A stretch of 64,000 nt of DNA, from NCBI GenBank assembly GCA_018648805.1, contig JABGQM010000010.1:25486-89485 (forward strand), in the 5' to 3' direction. Origin of the DNA: Verrucomicrobiota bacterium (lineage in GTDB: Bacteria > Verrucomicrobiota > Kiritimatiellia > UBA8416 > JABMPJ01). The notes below the pieces were generated by a model. It ran no database searches. It was given only the letters and a program-made list of their open reading frames with translations, and was not told the DNA's origin. Below, piece after piece: positions 17,955 through 25,395 of the stretch (position 1 is its first letter; the number at the start of each line of letters is the position of its first letter). The translations under genes and the position numbers were made by a program.

Positions 17955-19114
17955 TGGGAAGCACGATGGAGCACAACGATATTCTGGTGATTGGAATCGG
18001 CGGGGCAGGCGGGCGTCTTGTGGATGCCCTCGCTGCGCGCGCGCCCGAGGCGGTACGCACGGCCATGATCGATACGGATGCCGCAGCACTGGCCGCCTCG
18101 CAGGCGGTCTCCAAGCTCCAGATCGGTTCGCACGTGACGAATGGTCAGGGCACCGGCGGGGACGCCGGACTGGCCCGCCGCGCCGCTACAGATGATGCCG
18201 AGATTATCCGTGGACTCTTCTCAGATGCCCGCCTGGTGGTGGTGCTGGCCGGTCTGGGTGGCGGTACCGGGTCCGCTGTCACCCCGGAGGTGATCAAGGC
18301 CGCCGGCCTGTCCGGCACACCGACCCTCTGCGTGGCGACGCAACCATTCTCTTTTGAGGGGGCTCCGCGCGCCGCGCTGGCGCGCGCCGCCGTGCCCGAG
18401 ATTAGGGAAGCGGCCGACGGGTTGATCCTGATCCCCAACGACAAGCTCTTCAAGAGCGTGGGCAGTGACAAGGTCAACGAGGCCTTCCCGGCCGCCGATG
18501 CCGCCCTGGGAATGAGCGTATGGTCTCTCTGGCAGATCCTGACGCGTCCGGGCTATCTCAATGCGGGTCCGGCCGACCTGGCCCAGGTGACCAAGCCGGA
18601 GCGCGGTATTGCCTCCTTGGCCTGGGCCGAGGCCCACGGTCGCAAACGCGGCGCCAGCGCTGTTAAGCAGCTTTTGACGCATCCCATGCTTGATGGTGGG
18701 GCGGCGCTGGGCGAGTGCCGCTCGATCATGGTGAGCATCGTGGGGGGCGAGGACCTGACCCTCAAAGATCTGGGGGATATCATGGCCCCTATCAAGGCCG
18801 CCTGTCACGAGCGCGTGGTGATCACGCTGGGGACCTCGATCGATCCCGAATGGAAAGCGCGCCTCTTACTGACGCTGATTGCGGCCCGCCCGGGCGGCTG
18901 GAGTGGGGGCGTAGAGATGCGCCCGGCGAAGGCACAGGAACCGACGGATCTGCCGATTACTGAGAATCCCGCGGTCGTGGGCCGCGGGGGTGTGCAAACG
19001 ACCCTCCAACTTGAACCCGCCGGACGCGGTCGGTTTGCCAATACCGATCCGACCCTCTTAGACGGTGAAGACCTGGATATTCCCACCTACCAGCGTCGCG
19101 GGATCAAGTTGTAG
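17954..19114 (+). CDS. ftsZ: Cell division GTPase FtsZ (divergent)
   Basis: GIGGAGG, GLGGGTGSAVTP (a variant of the tubulin signature), NDKL T7 loop, C-terminal DLDIPTYQRRG peptide. Confidence 0.9.
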   Translation: MGSTMEHNDILVIGIGGAGGRLVDALAARAPEAVRTAMIDTDAAALAASQAVSKLQIGSHVTNGQGTGGDAGLARRAATDDAEIIRGLFSDARLVVVLAGLGGGTGSAVTPEVIKAAGLSGTPTLCVATQPFSFEGAPRAALARAAVPEIREAADGLILIPNDKLFKSVGSDKVNEAFPAADAALGMSVWSLWQILTRPGYLNAGPADLAQVTKPERGIASLAWAEAHGRKRGASAVKQLLTHPMLDGGAALGECRSIMVSIVGGEDLTLKDLGDIMAPIKAACHERVVITLGTSIDPEWKARLLLTLIAARPGGWSGGVEMRPAKAQEPTDLPITENPAVVGRGGVQTTLQLEPAGRGRFANTDPTLLDGEDLDIPTYQRRGIKL

Positions 19115-19124
19115 GTCGCGCAGG

Positions 19125-19346
19125 CTACCACTCGATCAGGAGTGCGCCTTCCTTGTCCTTGAAGCTCCCGACGATGATCATGATGAAATCGATCAGCGTC
19201 CAGATGCCCATGCCACCGGCGGTCAGGATCATGAGGACGCCTGTACCAACCTTACCTACGTAGAAACGGTGAATTCCAATTGTGCCCAGGAAGAAGCAAA
19301 GCAGCAATGCCACCAAGCGTTTCTTTTCTGATCCTTCAGCCATCAT
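19125..19346 (-). CDS. TM2 domain-containing small membrane protein
   Basis: LLCFFLGTIGIHRFYVGK...GIWTLIDFIMI matches the TM2 domain pattern. Confidence 0.75.
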   Translation of the reverse strand: MMAEGSEKKRLVALLLCFFLGTIGIHRFYVGKVGTGVLMILTAGGMGIWTLIDFIMIIVGSFKDKEGALLIEW

Positions 19347-19513
19347 GACCCCCTATTTGGTTGTGCGCCGTGCGGCGCGAGTTAATGTGAAGCACCATTG
19401 CGCAGTCGCTCACTGGAATCAAGTCTTTTTGCACCGTTTCGGCCTGCTTGATTCATCTATGTTCTCAGCAGTGAGCGGAAAGAGGGCACGCCAACCACGA
19501 AGAGACACACGGA

Positions 19514-19552
19514 TAAAAAAAGGACCCGGAGGGCCGCAGCCCTTCGGGTCCT
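19514..19552 (-). terminator. Rho-independent terminator downstream of the OMP gene
   Basis: 14-bp stem AGGACCCGGAGGGC / GCCCTTCGGGTCCT (one G:U) with a 4-nt loop. On the minus strand it is followed by a T run (A8 on plus, 19514-19521). Confidence 0.7.
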
Positions 19553-19570
19553 TCTGATGTCTATGAGACG

Positions 19571-20209
19571 TTAGAAGCTGTAACGCAGACGCGCGCTGTA
19601 AGCAGGCTCTTCGACGTATTCGAGGGTGACCCCGACATCGAGTCCGGGCAGGATCGTGTAGTCAGCACCAGCGGAGAGCGTAAGCTCGACACCGCTGTCG
19701 TCGAACTTACCGAACCGAGTGTCAACTTCCCAGTTGTAGTAGCCGGCGCCCACGCCGACAAAGCCGCGAAGGCCTTCAAGCTTCTCGCAGTCGCGATAAG
19801 CAACCACGTCGCCTGTGACAAGAAACATGTCGCTGTCATCGGCCATCGGATACGCCGCCGCACCACGCACGGCAACGTTGGCCACATCAAAGCTGAGGGC
19901 CTCAAAGACTACCCCGGCCTGAACCACCACATCGTTGTCGGCTCCGCCGTCAGGCGAGTAGTAGCCCACATCCAGGAAAGCAGCCAGGACATCGGTCACC
20001 TTGTACAGGGCCCGAGCGCTCAGCACATCGGCCTCTCCCATTTGAGCTGCACCTTCGACGGCGAGACTGGAGTCGCCCGCAAGGACAGTTGGTGCCGGCA
20101 ACGAAGGACGCAGATGAAAGATCCCTTGTGCCACCTCGTTCGCCTCAACCTGAGATGTCAGCGCCACAAGTGCTACTGACAGAACAAGAGCCCCACTTAC
20201 TTTGTGCAT
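19571..20209 (-). CDS. Outer-membrane beta-barrel protein
   Basis: Signal peptide MHKVSGALVLSVALVALTSQVEA, alternating beta-strand-like pattern, C-terminal ...ARLRYSF. Confidence 0.65.
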   Translation of the reverse strand: MHKVSGALVLSVALVALTSQVEANEVAQGIFHLRPSLPAPTVLAGDSSLAVEGAAQMGEADVLSARALYKVTDVLAAFLDVGYYSPDGGADNDVVVQAGVVFEALSFDVANVAVRGAAAYPMADDSDMFLVTGDVVAYRDCEKLEGLRGFVGVGAGYYNWEVDTRFGKFDDSGVELTLSAGADYTILPGLDVGVTLEYVEEPAYSARLRYSF

Positions 20210-20395
20210 GATATTTCTCCCTATACTGTTCGCGCTCCAATGGGTTAGAAAACGACATGCACCGAGAGCGCGTATACAGCGCACGCCGAACTATGACGCA
20301 GCCTACAGTCACCACAGTCCCCAGTCACGCCCCTTTTTCTTCCGGGCGATAGGGGGTGGACAGGCGACGGTGGTTCGGCATAGACTGCTCGAACG

Positions 20396-22174
20396 ATGTC
20401 AAATGCCAGTACAGAGTATCTTGCCGGTCTGCTTGAGCGCATGGAGCTGTTCTCTCCCGCGCAGGTGGTTGAGTTGATCGAGGCGGCACGTGAATCGGAG
20501 ATGAGTGTCACCGAAATCGTGGCGGCCGAGGGCTATGCCCCCGAAGAGGCCTTCCTCGAAAAGCTGGCTGAGGTGATGCGGCTGCCCTATGTGCGCCTCA
20601 ACACACGCGAGATCGAGCAGGACGTGCTTGACCGGCTGCCGACCAAGGCGGTATTCCAGTACCGTGTGATCCCGGTTGAGTTCGAGAATGGTGCCCTGCT
20701 GGTCGCCGCCAATGATCCCCTCGATGCGGGGCTGGTGGATAGTCTGCGCCTGGCCGCCGGGGGGCGGGTCAAGTTGGCTTTGAGTCCCTCGACCGATATC
20801 GCCAAGGCCGCCAAGCGCTTCTACGGGGTCGGCGCCGAGACGGTCGACCGCATGATGCAGGATGATCGCTTTGAGGTGGCCGTGGATGACTCCCTGGCCA
20901 AGGTCGATGTGACCGAACTCGACCAGGAGGCCTCGATCGTCAAGTTCGTCAACCAGATCATCTGGGAAGCGGTGCAGCAGGGCTCGACGGATATTCATAT
21001 GGAGCCGATGGAGGAACAACTCCGTATTCGCTACCGGGTTGACGGCGTCTTGCATCAGGCCCCCGTCCCGGCCCGCCTGATCCGGTTCCAAGCGGCCATT
21101 ATCTCCCGTATCAAGGTGATGGCCAACCTCGATATCGCCGAGAAACGTCTGCCCATGGATGGGCGCATCGGGTTGCGCGTGCAGGGCGAAGACATTGATA
21201 TCCGCGTCTCGACCATGCCGACCGTCTACGGCGAGAGCGTCAGCCTGCGCTTGTTGCAGCGCAAAGGGGAGTTCATCAGCCTGGAAGATCTCGGGATGAT
21301 GCCGCGCGACCAGGAGCTTGTTGAGCGTTGCATTCACCGGCCCAACGGGATCGTATTGGTCACGGGGCCCACAGGGTCCGGTAAATCGACCACGCTCTAC
21401 GCCTTCCTCCACGAGATCAACAAGATCGACCGGCGTATCCTGACTGCCGAGGAACCGATTGAGTACGAGATGGGCGGCATCAACCAGGTGCTGGTCCGTC
21501 CAGACATCGGCTTGACCTTCGCCCGCACGCTGCGCTCCTTCCTGCGCCAGGACCCCGATATCATTATGGTGGGGGAAATCCGGGATGCGGAAACCGCGGA
21601 AATCGCGATTCAGGCGTCGCTGACCGGTCACTTGGTCTTCAGTACGCTGCATACAAACGATGCGGCCGGCTCGTTCACGCGCCTGCTTGATATGGGGGTT
21701 GAACCGTTTCTCGTGGCCTCGGCCGTGGCCGGGGTGGTGGCGCAGCGTCTCGTGCGCCGGCTCTGTCCCGACTGTCGGCGGGCCCAGACACCCGACATGG
21801 CGCGCCTCGAGCGCATAGCGTTCCCCTTGGATCAGTTGGCCAGCCATACGGTCTATGAACCGAGTACGTGCGAGGCGTGTCGCATGACAGGGTTCCGTGG
21901 GCGCGGCGGTATTTTCGAAGTGCTGCAGGTCTCCGAGGCCATTGAATCGCTCGTGGTCGCCCGGAGCTCGTCCCACGATATCCGGCAGCAGGCCACGAGC
22001 GAGGGCATGATGACCTTGCGTGACGATGGTTGGCAGAAAGTTCTGAAGGGGTTCACGACCATTGAGGAAGTGCTCCGTGTGACGGAGGAGAACCTGGTGG
22101 AAGAACCGACTGACGAACAATCGAAGGACGAACATTCGAACAATCGAACTACGAATGGGGAAGTGGTTACGTGA
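20396..22174 (+). CDS. gspE: Type II secretion / type IV pilus assembly ATPase (GspE/PilB family)
   Basis: N-terminal T2SSE_N-like domain, Walker A GPTGSGKST, IMVGEIRD, His box, CPDC...CEAC tetracysteine. The last ~20 codons are encoded by the repeat B1 arm. Confidence 0.9.
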   Translation: MSNASTEYLAGLLERMELFSPAQVVELIEAARESEMSVTEIVAAEGYAPEEAFLEKLAEVMRLPYVRLNTREIEQDVLDRLPTKAVFQYRVIPVEFENGALLVAANDPLDAGLVDSLRLAAGGRVKLALSPSTDIAKAAKRFYGVGAETVDRMMQDDRFEVAVDDSLAKVDVTELDQEASIVKFVNQIIWEAVQQGSTDIHMEPMEEQLRIRYRVDGVLHQAPVPARLIRFQAAIISRIKVMANLDIAEKRLPMDGRIGLRVQGEDIDIRVSTMPTVYGESVSLRLLQRKGEFISLEDLGMMPRDQELVERCIHRPNGIVLVTGPTGSGKSTTLYAFLHEINKIDRRILTAEEPIEYEMGGINQVLVRPDIGLTFARTLRSFLRQDPDIIMVGEIRDAETAEIAIQASLTGHLVFSTLHTNDAAGSFTRLLDMGVEPFLVASAVAGVVAQRLVRRLCPDCRRAQTPDMARLERIAFPLDQLASHTVYEPSTCEACRMTGFRGRGGIFEVLQVSEAIESLVVARSSSHDIRQQATSEGMMTLRDDGWQKVLKGFTTIEEVLRVTEENLVEEPTDEQSKDEHSNNRTTNGEVVT

Positions 22175-22274
22175 TCCATAAAACAGAGTGGAGTCTGAGC
22201 CGGCCGGAAGAGGGAAGCAGTGGTCCCCTCGTTCGTCGTTCGGCTGTTCGGCTGTTCGGCTGTTCGATTGTTCC
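22103..22274. repeat. B-family hairpin, copy B1
   Basis: Left arm of CGAAC words (GACGAACAATCGAAGGACGAACATTCGAACAATCGAACTACGAATGGGG). Right arm CCCCTCGTTCGTCGTTCGGCTGTTCGGCTGTTCGGCTGTTCGATTGTTCC. Confidence 0.8.
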
Positions 22275-22281
22275 ATAAGCT

Positions 22282-23520
22282 ATGCCCACGTTTTCATACA
22301 GAGCCCGCACGCGGGGCGGTGAGGCAGCGGACGGGACCGTAGAGGCCCATGACCGCCGCGCCGCGATGCAGGAGATTGAGCGCCAGGGGCTGGTGCCGGT
22401 CTCGGTGCGTGAGGGGAGTGCCCCGGCCGCGCGCGGAAAGAAGAGCAACAAGAAGGCGAAGGCGGCGCCGGTTCCCCGTGGGGCGACGCGTATGCGTCGG
22501 CGCGACGTGCTGGCCTTCACCACCGAGCTGAGCGACCTGCTGGCCTCTGGCATGACCCTGGGCAACGCGCTTAATTGCCTTGCCAGCCGCGATACGGCGC
22601 GCAGCGAGAGCGCCATCATCACGGCTCTGCGCGACGACATCATCCGTGGCACGAGCCTGTCGGAGGCGCTGGGCAAACATCCCAAGACGTTCGGGACGCT
22701 TTATGCGAGCATGATCCAGGCCGGTGAGGCCAGCGGGGCGCTGCATGAAGTCTTGGGCCGGCTGGTGGTACACTATGAGCGCATGCAGGATCTCAAGGAC
22801 AAGGTCGTCATGGCGTTGGTCTACCCGGTCATCGTGTTGGTTATGGGCGTCGGTGTTCTGATTTTTGCGATGGTAGCGGTGGTGCCCAAGTTCAAGAAGA
22901 TTTTCGATACCCTTGACCAGCAACTGCCGCTCCCGACCAAGATTCTGATGGGGCTTAGTGAGGGCACGGTCAAGTATGGTTGGGCGATCGCGGTTATCAC
23001 CACGATTGTGGTGGTCCTGCTCTTTCGTGTCACGCGCTCGGGGCAGGGACAGTTCATCTGGCATCGTATTCTGCTCAAGGCGCCCTTGATTCGCGGCATC
23101 GTGGCCTCGTCGGTCTTCGCCAACATGGCCCGTACGCTGGGGACCCTGTTGGGCAACGGTGTGCCGGCCCTGCAGGCGCTTGGCATTGTCGAACGCACCG
23201 TGACCAACGTAGTCTTACGCGGTGAACTGAAGAACGCGCGCGAGCGCGTGACGGATGGTACAACCATTTCGGGGCCGCTGGCCGCGGGCAAGGTGTTTCC
23301 GCGCATGATGACCGACATGCTCTCGATCGGGGAGCAGACCGGCGACATGCCGAGTGCGTTGGGCCACATCGCACGGCGCTACGAGAACGAGCTGGACCGC
23401 AATGTGAAGATCTTCACGACCGCGCTTGAGCCGATCCTGATTGTGCTCGTAGCGGGGTTGGTTGGGTTTATTGCGATTGCGATTGTGATGGCGGTGTTTA
23501 GTATGACGAATGGACTTTAG
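22282..23520 (+). CDS. gspF: Type II secretion inner-membrane platform protein GspF/PilC
   Basis: 412 aa with duplicated GspF domains and three TM segments. N-terminus MPTFSYRARTRGGE is typical of the family. Confidence 0.9.
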   Translation: MPTFSYRARTRGGEAADGTVEAHDRRAAMQEIERQGLVPVSVREGSAPAARGKKSNKKAKAAPVPRGATRMRRRDVLAFTTELSDLLASGMTLGNALNCLASRDTARSESAIITALRDDIIRGTSLSEALGKHPKTFGTLYASMIQAGEASGALHEVLGRLVVHYERMQDLKDKVVMALVYPVIVLVMGVGVLIFAMVAVVPKFKKIFDTLDQQLPLPTKILMGLSEGTVKYGWAIAVITTIVVVLLFRVTRSGQGQFIWHRILLKAPLIRGIVASSVFANMARTLGTLLGNGVPALQALGIVERTVTNVVLRGELKNARERVTDGTTISGPLAAGKVFPRMMTDMLSIGEQTGDMPSALGHIARRYENELDRNVKIFTTALEPILIVLVAGLVGFIAIAIVMAVFSMTNGL

Positions 23521-23760
23521 CTCCGGTCAGGGGCGCTCCGGTCAGGGCGAGGGGTTCTCGGCTGGAGAGCTTGGAATACCAAGCTCAAAGGCCTGCGAGG
23601 CGCTCCGGCCAAGGTAAGGCCCCCTTGGCTGGAGAGCTTGGAATACCAAGCTCAAAGGCCTGCGGGGACCTCACCTTGGCCTACGCTTGGGTTAGGTGGA
23701 CCTCCGCTTGGGTTAGGGTGGACCTCCGCTTGGGGTGGGTAGATCGGCTTGGGTTGGGTG
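23521..23760 (+). repeat. F-family elements F2a and F2b plus about 4 x 21-bp tandem repeat
   Basis: Two cores CT(C/T)GGCTGGAGAGCTTGGAATACCAAGCTCAAAGGCCTGCG at 23557-23597 and 23625-23664. F2b outer stem GGCCAAGGTAAGGCCCC (23608-24) pairs with GGGACCTCACCTTGGCC (23665-81). 21-mers from 23678 to 23760. Confidence 0.85.
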
Positions 23761-23800
23761 GTGTTTGGTGTTTGGTGATGTGCTAATAAGGGAGGGTGTT

Positions 23801-24190
23801 ATGAAGCGACGTGAGCGGGAGTTACATTCGGCGGCGGGTTTTACGCTGATTGAGGTGCTGTTGGTGGTGGCCATCCTGGGCATTTTGGCGACGGTTGCTG
23901 CGGTCGGAATCGGTGGCCATATGGACAAGGTGAACCGGGAATCCACGCGCATGAATATTTCTGCGATCAGCAAGGCGGTGGAGATCTATCGCATCACGGC
24001 CAATCGCATGCCCACATCGTTGCAGGATCTAACCAAAGACATCGGCGATATCGAAGCCCCGCTGAGCGACGTTCCACTGGATGCATGGTCTAACCCCTTC
24101 CAGTTCAAGAAGGTGGGTAAGTTTAAGTACGAGATTCGTTCCGGTGGCCCGGATGGCAGTATCGGCGGCGACGACGACCTGACCAACTGA
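23801..24190 (+). CDS. gspG: Major pseudopilin GspG
   Basis: AAGGGAGGG SD. Prepilin leader ...HSAAG|FTLIEVLLVVAILGILA. C-terminal SGGPDGSIGGDDDL. Confidence 0.9.
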   Translation: MKRRERELHSAAGFTLIEVLLVVAILGILATVAAVGIGGHMDKVNRESTRMNISAISKAVEIYRITANRMPTSLQDLTKDIGDIEAPLSDVPLDAWSNPFQFKKVGKFKYEIRSGGPDGSIGGDDDLTN

Positions 24191-24204
24191 TCTACAGGAA
24201 GACT

Positions 24205-24335
24205 CAATATCCAATATCCAACAAGGAATGTCCAATGTCCAAGTGGGTGAGGATGGTGAATGGTGGGCCAATCGGCATGTCATTCGCAAAGCTCCCGCCC
24301 TTGGGAGTTGGGAGTTCCTTGTTGGATATTGGATG
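24205..24335. repeat. A-family hairpin, copy A2
   Basis: Left arm CAATATCCAATATCCAACAAGGAATGTCCAATGTCCAAG. Right arm CTTGGGAGTTGGGAGTTCCTTGTTGGATATTGGATG. The loop contains GTGAATGG...GTCATTCGC. Confidence 0.8.
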
Positions 24336-25002
24336 TTCAGATGCCGCGCAGTCGAGGCCCATCCATCGATCTGGCGCTACGGGTCGCTATCGACAGCGTC
24401 AATCAGGGTTCACCCTGATCGAGGTGTTGCTGGTGGTGGCGATTATAGGGGTCATGCTGACGATCATGATGCCCCAGATGATGAGCTCGATGCGTGAGCA
24501 CCAGCTGCGTGGCGCCACGCGCGTGGTGATCTCGGCCGGCCGGCACGCCATGAGTTTGGCCGTACTTTCGCAGCGCCGCATGAACGTGGTCTTCGATCTT
24601 GACGAGACGGTGCTGACGATCCGCGCGGCGGACGCGCCATCCACTATCGATGCCGACGGTCTCGGCGAGGCCGACTCCCCCTTGGACGCGGTTGTGGCCG
24701 ACGCATGGGGTGGGGGCGCTGCGGCTGAGATGGAGGCCCTCCCGGCGGATGATGATGGCGCCTACGAGGGGGCGGTGGCCATTGTCGACGAAGAGGTGGT
24801 GCACCGCTTGGAGGGGGTCGCTTTCAGCTTTATCGAGGTTGAGGGTGAAGACGGCTACCGTGCCGAGAGCGGTAAGCATACGATCATCTACTATACGAAT
24901 GGCCGCTGCACCCCGTACACGATTGGCTTCGAGGATGACGACGGCGCCAGCGCCACGATCGAGGTGGATGCCCTCGCCTCGGCGCGGGTACTGGAGAGGT
25001 AG
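24277..25002 (+). CDS. Minor pseudopilin (GspH-like); start uncertain
   Basis: Prepilin N-terminus QSG|FTLIEVLLVVAIIGVML. The frame is open through repeat A2. Candidate starts are ATG 24277 or TTG 24301/24319/24322, all inside the repeat. Confidence 0.65.
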   Translation: MSFAKLPPLGVGSSLLDIGCSDAAQSRPIHRSGATGRYRQRQSGFTLIEVLLVVAIIGVMLTIMMPQMMSSMREHQLRGATRVVISAGRHAMSLAVLSQRRMNVVFDLDETVLTIRAADAPSTIDADGLGEADSPLDAVVADAWGGGAAAEMEALPADDDGAYEGAVAIVDEEVVHRLEGVAFSFIEVEGEDGYRAESGKHTIIYYTNGRCTPYTIGFEDDDGASATIEVDALASARVLER

Positions 25003-25009
25003 TGCGAAG

Positions 25010-25393
25010 ATGAGGCCCCAATCCGGATTTTCCTTAATTGAGGTGGTGATAGCAGCGGCGATCCTGGGGGTGTCGTTGACGGTGCTCCTGACGGCCGCCA
25101 GTCGCTGTCTATTGGTGCTCTCGATCGCGACGCACTACCAGGAGGCCCAGCTCACACGCAGCGCTGCAGAGGTGGAGTACCCCTTGAATGTGACCAACGA
25201 GCTGGACGAACTCAATGTCGCTCAGATTACGACGGATAACGGCCTCACCTTCGAGCGCTTCGTGGAGGAGGAAGATGAAGACGAGGATGACCTTTACGTG
25301 GTGACGACCCGCGTGGGCTGGTCGGCCCGCGGCAACGAGCGTTTCGATGACGTGGTGCAGTATGTCTACTACGTCGACGAGGACGAGGAATAG
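25010..25393 (+). CDS. Minor pseudopilin (GspI-like)
   Basis: MRPQSG|FSLIEVVIAAAILGVSL, about 127 aa, acidic C-terminus. Confidence 0.65.
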   Translation: MRPQSGFSLIEVVIAAAILGVSLTVLLTAASRCLLVLSIATHYQEAQLTRSAAEVEYPLNVTNELDELNVAQITTDNGLTFERFVEEEDEDEDDLYVVTTRVGWSARGNERFDDVVQYVYYVDEDEE

Positions 25394-25395
25394 AG

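Noticed and set aside
20399-22276. 625-aa minus-strand ORF
   Set aside because: It lies exactly antisense to gspE and has the same high-GC shadow-ORF composition. The same reasoning rejects 16764-18089, 15597-16637, 38027-39007, 36210-37280, 58738-59736, 51082-52023, 62811-63665 and the other overlapping frames in the track.
24650-25009. Long upstream part of ORF 24650..25393
   Set aside because: It overlaps gspH in another frame. The real pseudopilin N-terminus (MRPQSGFSLIEV) starts at ATG 25010.
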